Part shown: piece by piece, positions 24,866 to 37,800 of the stretch | How positions within the stretch are numbered: the first letter of the stretch is position 1 | How the letters are laid out: every line of letters begins with the position of its first letter | Assembly (NCBI GenBank): GCA_030141605.1 | Contig: JAQGDQ010000887.1 | Location: 1-64,000 of the forward strand | Direction: 5' to 3' | Source of the DNA: Tubiluchus corallicola | Lineage: Eukaryota > Animalia > Priapulida | DNA: 64,000 nt | Made by a program: the position numbers and the translations under genes | Notes under the pieces: model-generated | Seen by the model: the letters and a program-made list of their open reading frames with translations, nothing else | Database searches by the model: none | Told to the model about the DNA's origin: nothing

Positions 24866-26022
24866 CTGAAATGAAAAAAAAACATCAGAAACCAGCAATT
24901 TTAAAGGAGAATACCCTAATATTTCAAACTTTAATTTACACTGGAGGGTCGGCCACAGGAGCCCATTAGGAGGTCTTTAGTATTTCGCGGATGTAAGGCA
25001 ATTGGAACAAATTTGCGAAGCCACAGATTCACGAGATATATAAAATTTTGGAGATAAAAATAAGTTCATTATAGACTTTTAATCTCGAGGATACATTGAG
25101 ATGTGCAGTTAAAATGTACACGAGTAAACTGACCAAATTCAATATTTAATAGAATACGATAAAAGCTACAAGTGAGCAAACGAAGTGTGCACTTTGTCTT
25201 TTAAAAAGTAAGCATTTTAATATGACAAAAGTGCAACAAAGCATAAAAGTGACGTACATTAATGAACTGAAAATAGCAAGGGATAGGTTGCTTGTAAACT
25301 ATGTAAAAGTCTATGTTGAGTTTATGAACACATCAGAATGGGAAACACAGAATATAAATTTAAATAGGTAAAAAAGAAATATAGTGCATCAGCGTGTTTT
25401 ATTTAAAACTAACTACAAAGATCAGCCAACCATGTCAGCGAAGTTATACTAATAGACTGAAAATCATTTAAAAGTGTTGCTTTAAGTTACTTGGCCACCA
25501 AGCTAAAGCAGCCTTAAGCAGGAATGGTTTCTGAATATCAAGTAGCAAAATTGGCACACAAAACCGATACAGCTATTTTTGCAAGATAACTAAAAAAACA
25601 GGCAGCCATTTACAATTCAGTGACGTTTGTGTATCCTTATTTTACGAATTTTGGTTGTTTTGCAGTCCCAATGATGTTAATTGGCTTTTCCCGGAAAATC
25701 TTACCAATATGACATTGCCAACTCGTGTTTCGTGGATATTAATTCACTCACGTTTTCAAGCTTAGTCTTCCTTGCGTCATTTTCAAGACAAACTAGTTTT
25801 TGTAATAAAAATGTTGCTGTCAGCTAGTACAATTACTACAGTTTGTGTCTTGAAATTTTAAGAGGTACACAGACACGTGCTCTGGTATAGTTATAATTAA
25901 AAAATTCGATAGTTTTTTTATTTGATTCGTATGCTGCCTCATTCTACTATAATAATAATTCACGATAATAAAGCCCCATTCTACACGCGTGACACTAATA
26001 AAATTACTTAAACGTGTCTCAC

Positions 26023-26131
26023 CATCAGTATGCAAGAGATCGTATCACTGGCGCATTTGTGTACTTTGACAAAGGCAAAATGATGCGTCTCACTGCAAAT
26101 CCTTGGCTTCTTCGAATCTTCGAATTTCACC
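26023..26131 (-). CDS. GAL3ST: Galactose-3-O-sulfotransferase-like protein, middle exon (PAPS-binding loop)
   Basis: Acceptor ccgcag; VKFEDSKKPRICSETHHFAFVKVHKCASDTISCILM; donor GTGAGA. FVKVHKCASDT matches the FLKTHKTASST 5'-PSB motif; phase 0 joins the last exon. Confidence 0.9.
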
Positions 26132-27994
26132 CTGCGGATAACGTAAACATTTTAACTGGATATACAGCGAACTATTTGAACCCATTTAGCCAGAAATCGT
26201 TTGTTTATACAAGTGTTAACTTTTAAGCTAGCAGAATTAACCAGAGCAAAACCGACATAGCGCTGATTAGGAACATAATTACTTGTTATAATTGGAGGGC
26301 TTCACTTAACATTTTCGTCACGCATGCATCTGACGCGTACACTCCATTTCTAAGCCGAATAATGTTTGTTAAGAAATTGTGTGTAATCAAGGCATGGGCT
26401 GCTCCTACCTGTCAGATTATTGTCAGTGTCAATTGCTAAGGCTTATGTAACGAAGGGGTCATGATGTAACAATTTTAAGTCATTTTGTAATAATCATTCA
26501 AATAATGAATTGGGCAAAGCGAACTAGCGTATTCCTGGTCTTTTTGAGACTTATCGTGGTCTGCATTCTGCTGTAGTTATTGGACTCGGTCAATAATTCT
26601 GTCTTACACGTGGGTCTGGCTTTAGCTCAGTATTGTTTGGCCTGTCTGAGGTATGATTTGCTACAGTTAAGATCTGACCTGTTAAAGGTCTGGCCTAGCT
26701 GAAATTAGTCTGACAGATGTACCTAAGCAAGTAAGTATCTCCACACTGGACCTATCTCTAGATAGAATCCCAACTAGAGTGCAACTTTTATACCTGTGGT
26801 TAGGTTTTCTGCAAAAAAGTAGTGCCCTATGTAAGCCTTCTACATAGTAGTGCATCATATTTATTACATAATGATTACTACGCAGTGACGCAAAAAAATG
26901 TTACATACTTAATGACGTAAAATTTGTTACGTAAAACGATTTTTGTTACTTAATGAGTCATAACAGCATTATTATACAGGAGCTTGGATAACTATATAGT
27001 GACAATACATTTCAACAGACTGGCTATGAGAAGCTGTAAAGTGGTGCTCATCACTTTCATAGCGTACACATGGTCACTTTATCAAGACGTGAACGAACTC
27101 TGACCAACGTTATTGTTTCACCAGAAGACACAACGAAAGTGTATCATGAGAAAATTACTCCAGTTTAATGTTGGCGTGATCTTGTTTTCACCATGGATTG
27201 TTGTGTGTACAGTACACACAGTATTCACGTCGATGTCACACGATCACGATGATTTCATCGTGAAACAGCAATGGTGTGTATCCGTATCCACGCATCCAGA
27301 TTGTGCGGCCATGGTGCATTTCATCCCGTGACGGATTGTTCGGAATGTGCGAAAGCTGCAGTACAAAAACAGTTGTGCACTGCCACATGAGACGTGCATT
27401 CTACAACCACTTCTGACGAACCGTGTGATTTACCGGATTGTCCGCATGATCCGCACAGTTTATTGCGACAGAAATCGCGTGCAAGCGCATACGCCCTTAC
27501 AGTCGGTAACTTACATATTGCAACTCGAATTCCAAGCCATACTGTACGTACAATGTACGTACGTTCTGCAGCTAAATGTTTTAATTTCTTTTACAATAAA
27601 TATTATAGCAAGCGATTTGTTCTTAAAAATTCTTGACAATCTCATTACAGGATTGTGGAAACTGAGTATCAAATGATACTTTTAACGAACAAATAAGCGT
27701 TTATAAAGGCCAAGTAAAATTTTAACTTTGTCTTGTAATTTTTATCGAAGATTTACATTTTACTTTCCAGGCCAGGCGCTTTCAACCAATTTCTGCGCTA
27801 ATTGTTATACCTTTTGGCTGGAAAACAGTTGCGAAAAAAAAGATTTAAAAGAAACTGCTGTGTTAATACAACAACACAATACAGCTTTTACTATATGAAC
27901 GCTTTTACGTTTCCACGTTTTCAAATCAATTATAAGATTTAATCAATAACTTGCTTCTTTAGAACTTTAGATCTACAGGCCAAACTATTCATAC

Positions 27995-28140
27995 CTGATA
28001 ATGTTGTTATTATTGTAAACAGAAGGTTGATACACAATCAGCGTCGCTGGTTCCCGTTGAAATTTAAGCAAAAGTGAACAGAAAATACCACAAACGAAAC
28101 AAGCGATCAAAAACGTTCTGACCTTACAGTCGGGCTTCAT
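27995..28140 (-). CDS. GAL3ST: Galactose-3-O-sulfotransferase-like protein, first coding exon (type II signal anchor)
   Basis: ATG at 28140: MKPDCKVRTFLIACFVCGIFCSLLLKFQREPA...NIIR; phase-2 donor GTATGA matches the next acceptor; the three exons total 1200 nt (399 aa plus stop). Confidence 0.82.
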
Positions 28141-28334
28141 TGCTATATTGCGAAAGTTCACGCTCGAGAAACACTTGAAATGACAAGCAGTACTGGCTCA
28201 CACTTCAAATGATACAATGCTAATTTATATGGCAAACCAGTGTGCTACAAAACCCATTAGACAAGCTGTTACACTTCATTTTCACATTTACGAATTCGCA
28301 TTTGTAAGGCCCACATTCAATACTAGAGCTGTAT

Positions 28335-28628
28335 TGACTGATTGGCATCCTTCTGTCTCGGAAGACAATGGAGTGTGCGCCAAGATCACACTGATCACAT
28401 TGATGGAGCTGCAGCGTCGACTGTGGCTGAGCAGTGCGATCCTTGAACGTCTCCAGGTTGGTTTGCAGGAACTATGGGAGTCAGTGAGCATGCTGCACTG
28501 GTCCGCCTTCGGTCACCCATCCAAGTACTAATCAGGCTCTACGTTGCTTAATTTCGGTGATCAGACCAGAACCGGTATTTTCAGCGTGATTTGGCCGTAG
28601 TCTAGATAGAGCTGATGCAGAGCTGATG
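28335..28628 (-). mobile_element. Second 5S/RTE SINE3 copy, internally deleted
   Basis: 5S head ~28510-28602; tail translates RSRIALLSHSRRC, like the C-terminal Zn motif of RTE-clade ORFs; TSD TAGAGCTGTAT (28324-28334, 28629-28639). Confidence 0.88.
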
Positions 28629-30250
28629 TAGAGCTGTATACATCATTATATACACGTATATTAAACAGAACTACCTTAGAGCAAAGGCTGACTAATGATG
28701 TTCCTGTCATGTTTACACCACTAGCAAGATGTAATACAGGCAAATGTTTTTCCTACTCATTTTTAAGCTCGTACTAGTGCAATACGGAAAGCCAGGTTCC
28801 AGTTAACCAAACACGACTTTTTAAATAATGAATGTGCCCCGGCACGTGGCATACACATTGAACCTCGAAATTCGCGAGTTGTAATACAAACAACTGAACA
28901 CTGCCAATTGCTGCGAATCCTGCAAATTGGGTACGTCCTTTCGGGAGGACGTGTTGATGAATATGTTACTGATATATTGGCTTCTCAAGCTATTTAGATC
29001 TTTGTCTAAATGAAATGCTTACATGCATCGTAAACAAGTATGAATCCCTGTGTATGTGTACGTGAATTCCACGCATAGCATTAAAACTGATATTAAAGCA
29101 GCAAGTTAATTTTTTATACAGTTCGGCACAGTCGCTGTATTAACATCAGGGCCTGTTTAATGTATATTTTTGTGACAGGATGGACGTTTGGTTAAGTGCC
29201 AGAGATTAACTTTAGTCAATAAGCACGCGCTATGACCACCCCGCTATTCCTCTTACCTCCAAGTCATGTGCAGAAACTCAGTTTTAACAATCACTGTAAT
29301 GACTGTTAACACAGTTTCTACATTATAATGTGAATATCGTTTTGTAGGCTTAATTGTAATAAAATGTTAAATATCCATTGGCTTGGCAAAGCTTTTCATT
29401 TGACAGTTTAATTGAACATTTCCCTGTTATTTTTCTGAGATGAGTTAACAACCGTCATCGTCAGTACCTTTGTTTCTCTAATAACAGCAAAATAGAGATT
29501 TTGAGTTCGTTCATACTGAAACTTTATTGAGTACCAAAATTATTTAGTTTTATATCAATGATGACAAATAAGGATATTGTTGGCTACTGACATTTAGCTG
29601 CAAACTAATAGGTGCGTAATTAGTAAGTCAATGAGTCATGTGTCATGCAAAACTTTCGCCCGCGACGTTAAAATTTAAAACCCTGACTCAAAAAAATGAA
29701 ACACTGACGCAGTTCGTTCTGATTCGTCGAACCCTCACAAATTGTCTTCTAACAAAATAATCAGGGCCCGGTTTCACAAAGCTGTCACTAAGTTAACGAC
29801 GTCGTTATTATCGGATAATAACTATAATGAATTTACTCGTATGGGCCTGTATGTTGTCATAAAGCTTATAAAATGGTCCTTTCAGTAATCGCAGGCCAGT
29901 TATTAGATAAACCCAATATTTCCAGTGTCTATTTACCTTTTTTTACGAATTAATAATACATGCATATACTTAACCTCTTTAATCTCCGTAGAGCCAGTTG
30001 CGTATCTGCGCACTCGATTTTGGTAAACCAGAAAAATTGCTGCAAATTTCATTTGCACAACGTTTAATTACAATATGTACAACACCGTGTTAATTATGTT
30101 CGGTAATAGCAAAATAAAAAGTTTTTTTGGCTAAGTATAATCAAGTGGTGATCAAGCAAAAACCATTTGTATGTGCAAAAAATCAAGATGGTGCAAAAAA
30201 TCAATCACAATAGTTTCTGAATTGAAAATATGTGGTGAAGGTCAGCACTG

Positions 30251-30463
30251 TCATGGTTGTTGGACAATCGTTATCTTCCTTTTCTTCTCTAGGCAGCAAC
30301 AATAAATCCACACAAGAATCCATGGAAAGAATAATATGGTGATGATACAATGAAGGCAGTGGTTGACTCCAGGCTGTTGAGTGGTGATCACAGTTGTTCT
30401 TGATGGCTGAATGGGCTGAGTTATGATCTCTCCAGCTGGTTGATGTCCTTTATGATGACCCAT
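30251..30463 (-). CDS. 70-aa His/Cys-rich membrane microprotein, paralog 1
   Basis: ATG to stop in one exon (acceptor cattttcag at 30494); core GVNHCLHCIITILFFPWILVWIYCCC nearly identical in protein to 48376-48576 while DNA differs largely at synonymous sites. Confidence 0.85.
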   Translation of the reverse strand: MGHHKGHQPAGEIITQPIQPSRTTVITTQQPGVNHCLHCIITILFFPWILVWIYCCCLEKKRKITIVQQP

Positions 30464-31803
30464 GTTCGGACTTTGTTAATTATTGACTAATACCTGAAAA
30501 TGTTTATTTCAGTGAGTAGACTATCTAGTCACTGTACTTACAATAATTTTTTTCATATTTATGTAATCATCGCTTCAATTTATAGCATTTTACGTCTAGT
30601 TATAATTATTAACAAGAGAAACATTTCAGATGTTGATTATCTAAGTATTTTACACAATTTGACGTTTGTGGGTGATGCTTGTACATAGTCTAAATACACC
30701 AGAAGCAATTTCCTTATCATCAATACAAACCACTAAAAAATATTCATACTACGATGCATCACTAAAATTATGATAGGAAAAGAAAAATCTTAATATTTTA
30801 AAATGTTCGCGCCAACTGATAAAACGTCACTGTATCACCGTGTGCACAACTGGCTCGCCAAAAACACATTATTGATATTATTGACAACAGGCTACAAAGT
30901 ACTTTACATTTTTGCTTAGTTATCGAAAAGTATGCTATGATTATTTTTACAAACTTTAGACAGTGTTATCTCAACTTGTTTCGCAGATAAGCTGCGCATA
31001 ACTTCGTAGTTGTACTTCGTAAAGAATTGTACTTCGTAAAGGCTTATTTTAAATTTTTGGTCCCCTTTTATAATTTGGGGCCTTCATAGAGCACACCAAC
31101 GTGCTATAGCTAAACCAGATATTTCAGTCCTAAGTCTACAGGACTAATGTTCCGAAAGCTCCTCCAATTCTCAACAATTGAATTTCATATTAAGCCTGCT
31201 CTGTATTAGGTACCCTATCTACATGACGCTGATGACATTAAAAATATAAAAAAGATTTGTTATTAGTTACAGTAAATTTCACATATTATGACCACTAGTG
31301 CCAAATTGTCTGTAGATTCTGGAAAAAGATCCACAAGTTTGCATCCATAACATAAAAAATAAATAAACCGATCAAATAAATATATATAACATACTTGTAA
31401 TAATTATTTTTGAACAATTAAGCAAAAATGTCAAGAAATGAAAAGTATAATGCGCATTTGATATGAACAAATGCATTTTGTTGCAAATGTGCTGAAAAAC
31501 GCATTTGTTACTTTCCCATGTGCATATCTTCCAGATTTAATGCTGGTTGAAAGAAATCTTGCACGTGTTGGCATGAACTGCCAACATTTCGTGGAGTGAT
31601 GGATCCAATGGCTTCATCAGTCACTCTCTCTACATAAGCAAGTCACAGAATTTATAAGTCGCTGCTCTTCAAGTTGTGGAGGATGTACCTGTAGAACTCT
31701 CATGTGGGTTTTGCTTCACGGCTGATGTTAGTTTACTCCATTTTTTCTCAGTAGGATTGAGCATAGGCGAGTAAGAGGCAAGGCGAACGAAAATTATAAG
31801 CCC

Positions 31804-34800
31804 TGTTGTGAACTTGAATAAGTCCACAAGTCTCTAGTAATATTAATGTCTTCAAACCAAATAATTGGCACTACTTTTTCCCAAGTTTTGACTGGTGGAA
31901 GAATACTCGTTTGAGTAAAACTTTTTTTCAGACCAGTTTTGAGTCAGGTGTGGCTTTAGCTCTAGGAAAAACGGTTGTGTTACTGATTCTATAAAAACAT
32001 ATGAAATTAAAATTTATAGAAATTTAATTTTGAGTTAAGGTGTTTTGTGATTTAGTTTTAAACTAGTATACTGAAATTCCGTGAAAAGAGAAATTCACGA
32101 CATGGAGGCACCACCCGGATAGATTGTTTACACGGATGAAAAGAAAACCGTAAGTTGGATCTGCCATTTACCTTTTCGGCTCGACCTAGATTTATCTGAT
32201 AAATTTACTTCTACAAGTCTAGTGGCTTCGCACCGTATAAACTGTAATGCTTACCGTCTATTTAACTGCATGAGCAGAAAATGCTATGGTTTTAAAAGGC
32301 AAGTTCAAAAATTCAGATTTGTATTGGAATGAAGTGAAACGTACATGACTGTAGAAAAAGCGAAAATAGTAGCTGTCTAAATTACCGGAAGTGGAGACAT
32401 TACAAATTGTGTTAAAAACTGGAAATGAACTGAATAGAAATTGTTGGAAAACAGGGCTGTTCCCGCTAATAAATATTAATCACGGGCAAGTGAAAACAAA
32501 TTGAAAGATACATCGGCACTTTCGCCTGTGAAGATTTTATATAGAAACATTGCAGAACACTGGAAAATATATGTGAAAAAGCTGAGGAAGTCACAGCAAA
32601 ATACAACCGGTTAGACAGGCTGTTCCTGTACATCAAATCTGACCTAAAATGCGGAATAATTAAAAGACTGATCCTATATGTAAATTAATTCCGCAAAAAT
32701 ATTCTTGAAAAAATCAAATGACATCCTGAAAACCAAATTTTGGGAAAAACGGAGAACGGAAAAATAGTTAAAAAATTCAAAAGATCATGGCGGCAAAACT
32801 ACGTCAAAGAATTGGACCACAAATTTCATTTTTGAAAAAGGCAGTTAACGAAGCCAATGAATTATTGGGTTGTGAATTACGAGGAACTGATGAAGACGGT
32901 CTCCTTCAGTTCAGACATAAAGCTACTGCTTTGCACAAACGTGTCAAACAGAACTTACAAAAAACTGAGGAATACGTTGAAAAATATGAACTGTACTTAG
33001 AAAAATCAGACGCTGTCACAGAAACAGATACTAATTATTATCAAAACACAATAATTGAAGGGGAGGAATATTTTAGTCTCGCCGGTGCAAGTGATGATTG
33101 CTTAATTGAACTTGAAACATTTGTGACAGAAATAGATCAACGTATTGAAAGAATCCAAGCTGGCTTACTGAGTCCTATATTTGTAACTAAACCTGATGTG
33201 AAACCAGTCATTACAACAGTTGTTCCCAGCATACACTCTCCAACACAATTAGACGCANNNNNNNNNNNNNNNNNNNNNNNNNNNNNNNNNNNNNNNNNNN
33301 NNNNNNNNNNNNNNNNNNNNNNNNNNNNNNNNNNNNNNNNNNNNNNNNNNNNNNNNNNNNNNNNNNNNNNNNNNNNNNNNNNNNNNNNNNNNNNNNNNNN
33401 NNNNNNNNNNNNNNNNNNNNNNNNNNNNNNNNNNNNNNNNNNNNNNNNNNNNNNNNNNNNNNNNNNNNNNNNNNNNNNNNNNNNNNNNNNNNNNNNNNNN
33501 NNNNNNNNNNNNNNNNNNNNNNNNNNNNNNNNNNNNNNNNNNNNNNNNNNNNNNNNNNNNNNNNNNNNNNNNNNNNNNNNNNNNNNNNNNNNNNNNNNNN
33601 NNNNNNNNNNNNNNNNNNNNNNNNNNNNNNNNNNNNNNNNNNNNNNNNNNNNNNNNNNNNNNNNNNNNNNNNNNNNNNNNNNNNNNNNNNNNNNNNNNNN
33701 NNNNNNNNNNNNNNNNNNNNNATTAGTAAAGCAAATAGGATAACTCGACAGTTACAAACACAGGGTATTGACATCTCTGGACATCCTCCTGCAGTGCAAC
33801 ATTTGATTTCAAAGTTACCAGCTTCTGTTCTGATAAAATTAGAGGAAAACAAAAGTTTAACAGAGTCATGGACGATGCCAGTGCTAACAGTTTGTTTGGA
33901 AAATTACTGTAAAGTAAGAGAACGTGTACAGTATACCCTTGACAAGGTCTGGATCAAACCAGAAGAGTTACAATTCTGCAAGTGCAAACCCAACAAACCT
34001 ACAATCAAAAAAGGGCAGAACATTTAGTAGCCTTTCTGAACCTATACGATCAATGTCAAGAAAGTCTCAACGGTTTCCTTGTGTTTTTTGTAAAGCAACA
34101 GACCACTTTAATTCAAATTGCACGGCATGTCCAGGTATAGAAGAACGTCGTGACATATTGCGGAAAGAAGGCCGATGCTTCTTGTGCTTACAGGATAAAC
34201 ACATGTATCGCGTATGCCCGAAAAAAGAAACACAAAACTGCTATTTTTGCAAAGAAATGGGTAAGCACAATCAAGCCATCTGTCCTAAAAAATTTGGGAT
34301 TACACCAGTTAATAGAAACAACTCCTCAAACAACACAAGCAATTTTGCAGCAGCTAGCACACCTCCAGAGCCTGATTCGAGTATTACTAGTGGAGGAAAC
34401 TCAGAATCCTTGCCAAAAACTGGTAACGAATACTCCATGGTAGCATCGGGGAAATACGTCATGTTCCTGACTGCAATAGTGAAAGTAAAATCACCAGTTG
34501 GGGCCAAACCAAAAGCTGTGGTATGCAGATTAATTCTCGATACTGCTAGTTCACTAACATACATCTGCAAAAAATTGGCAGACGAATTGAAATTGCCAAA
34601 TCTAGGCCAACAGTGTTTAGATGTTTGTACTTTTGGTGGTTCCTATAAGAAGTTACCCAGTTTTCTGTCAGAGTTAGACATAGTCTTGCTTGATGGTAAA
34701 ACAAAACGAATAGCAGGGCATGTTGTTGACCAAACGACTGGAAATGTCAAAAGAGAACAGCTTTGCAATGAAGATTTAAAATTTTTGAAGAAAATGGAAT

Positions 34801-37800
34801 TTGAGAAATTTGCAGACAAAATCCCAAGCTCGACAGAAAGTTTTGCTCCAGAAATCTTGGTTGGGATGGATTATTATTTTGACTTCGTTCAGCAGGGAGC
34901 AGACAGAAAATTGCCATCTGGACTAAGTTTGATTAATTCAAACTTGGGTCTACTAATTGGTGGTCGTGTTGAAAGTGCAACAAGGAAACCACAAAGCCTT
35001 GCTGCCTGTTCATTTCTCACTAGTGCAACCACTTGTCCAAGTGAAAAACAGTTTAATGAGATAATGAAACGAATCGAACCGCATCAAGAGACATGCCAGA
35101 AACCATGTGACTTCTGGTCTTTAGAGACGATTGGAATCACTGACGATCCTGCTTCTTCAATGAGTGATGAAATTTTAGCTGATTTTGGAGAGACACTTCA
35201 GTTCTATGAGAATAGATACTGGGTGAGATTCCCATGGAAAGACAAACAACCATCATTGCCAAACAATTTTGGATTAGCTATAGGAAGATTTCGTTCTCTC
35301 TGTCGCCGATTTGAATCTGATAGGAATTTGATGTTAAAGTGTACTGAAATTATTGAAGAACAAGAGAAGCGAGGAGTAACAGAAACTGTTACAGAAGACA
35401 CAGAACTTGGTTTAGTAGAGCATTATTTGCCATATCATCCAGTTTTAACTCCTCAGAAAACTACAACAAAGGTTCGCTTGGTATACAATGCCTCAGCAAA
35501 GGCAAACAAACATTCCTCATCATTAAATGACTGTATACACCAAGGTCCTAATTTGCTGCCGGAACTAATAGGAATCTTATTGCGTCTGCGGCTCAGCCCC
35601 ATTGCAATGTTAGCTGATGTCGAAAAAGCCTTTTTGAATATTGGGCTACAGACTATTGACAGAGATGCAACTAGATTTCTCTGGTTGAAGAATCCAGAAC
35701 TACCAAAAGCTGACCATAACTTCATTGTGAACCGGTTCTGCCGAATTCCTTTTGGCATAAATGCCAGTCCCTTTTTATTGGCAGCAGTCCTGAGGATCCA
35801 TTTGTCAAAGTTTGGAACAACAACTGCAGAAGAGATAAAAGCCAATAACTATGTGGATAACGTTCATCTCTCTGCTACTACTGTGGATGAAGCATTCAGC
35901 AAGTATTTGGAAGCAAAGCAAATTTTTGACAGTGCTTCACTTAATCTCCGCGAATGGATAAGCAACAGTGAAGAGTTCCTAAATAGAATACCTGATGTAG
36001 ATAGAGCAAAAGAAACTGAGTTTAAAGTACTAGGCATTACTTGGCTCGTGAAGTCAGACCATTTGCTGATTAATATGCCTACAGGTTTTACCACATCTGA
36101 GCATTTGACAAAGCGGAATGTGCTGAAAATGGTTGCTTCGGTATTCGATCCTCTGGGATGGTGGAGTCCAGCAATTGTGAATGCTAAACTGCTGTTCCAA
36201 GATTTGTGGAAAGAAAACTTGTTGTGGGATGATTCTGTTCCCAAACAGTACGAAAAAAGATGGAAAGAAATAGTCGATTCGGTTAAACCAATCGATAATG
36301 TTTTGATACCACGAAGAATCACCATGGCTGACCAATCTGCATCCTACAATTTGGTAACATTTACTGATGCATCTTCAACTTGCTATGGAGCATGTGTCTA
36401 CTTGGTTGAGTCATCACCTACAACCATGAATAGCTCCTTGATCTTCGCAAAAGTGCGTCTAAGGCCTGTGAATTCGAAGAAAAAGGGCAAAGAACTTACA
36501 ATACCAAGATTAGAACTAATGGGAGTTCTCATAGGTATTCGAGCAATGACCTTTGCGGAAAACCAACTCAAACTTCCTGTGAGTGGTAAAACACTATACT
36601 GTGATTCACAAGTTGTCCTACAGTGGATTGGTTCAAAAAGGCAACTGGAACCTTTTGTACAAAATAAGGGTTCAGGAAATTCAAAAGGCTGAAGCTGTGA
36701 CATTCAAATATGTCCCCACCAAGCAAAATCCAGCAGATATACTGAGCAGAGGAACATCTGCAGAGAATTTGATGTCAAATGATGTCTGGTGGAGTGGACC
36801 GCCCTGGCTATTTGAGCCTGTGGAAAAATGGCCAGATTTTATAGTGCCGACTGAAAACCCAGAGCATGATAGAAAACCCGAATCCACAATGATGTTGACT
36901 AGTGACAATGTAAAACTACTGAACTGTGAAACGTTGCCACTTGAAATGTGTGACACTCGATTTTCATCATTTCAGAAAGTACTTCGCGTGACTGTAGTTT
37001 GTCTCAAGTTTGTTAAAAGGATTCTCAATACTCGAACAAATAGAGGATTGAAATTTACAAATGAAAACACTGGGGACAGTGTAAGAATAATTTCCGATCA
37101 TTCAGAAATAAATGGAGAAGAAACTCGTTATGCAGAACATTTGTGGTTAAAAAGATTGCAGGCACAGTACTACAACAATGAAAAATTTGCAATTCTTGAG
37201 GGAAGAAAAACCACTCTTCAACAACAACTAGGTCTTTTTATGGATTCATCTGGATTAATTCGATGTGGTGGCAGATTTTACCAGTCACACACTGAAGAGA
37301 GCGCTTATCCAGTGTTGCTTCCTAGAAAACATTGGATTACTAGCTTGTTTATAAAGGACGTCCATGAAGCAGTATTACATGGACGTACAAACCATACGCT
37401 CTCTGAACTCAGACGTAGATATTGGATACCCAAAGGACGTGTTGAAATAAACCAAGTATTAAAGGACTGCATGATTTGCAAAAAACATTCTGGCAGACCA
37501 TTCTCTCGTCCAGCGTTTCCCCCTTTTCCAGAAGAAAAGCTGGCAAGAGCTTTGCCATTTAGCATAATTGGACTGGACTATTTTGGACCAGTTTTCTTGA
37601 AGAACGACACAAATAAGAAGGCATGGTGTGTACTAATAACATGCTTGCTCTGTCGAGCAGTTCATCTTGAACTAGTTTTAGATATGACAACTGTGTCTTT
37701 TCTAGATGCTTTTCGGAGATTTGTTTCCCGGCGAATCCTGCCTGAGAAAATATTTTCGGACAATGCAAAACAATTTCATACTGCTGACAATTATCTGAAA

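Noticed and set aside
26446-26905. Solo LTR (TGTAAC...GTTACA); similar candidate at 56114-56342
   Set aside because: No matching TSD and no second copy in the window.
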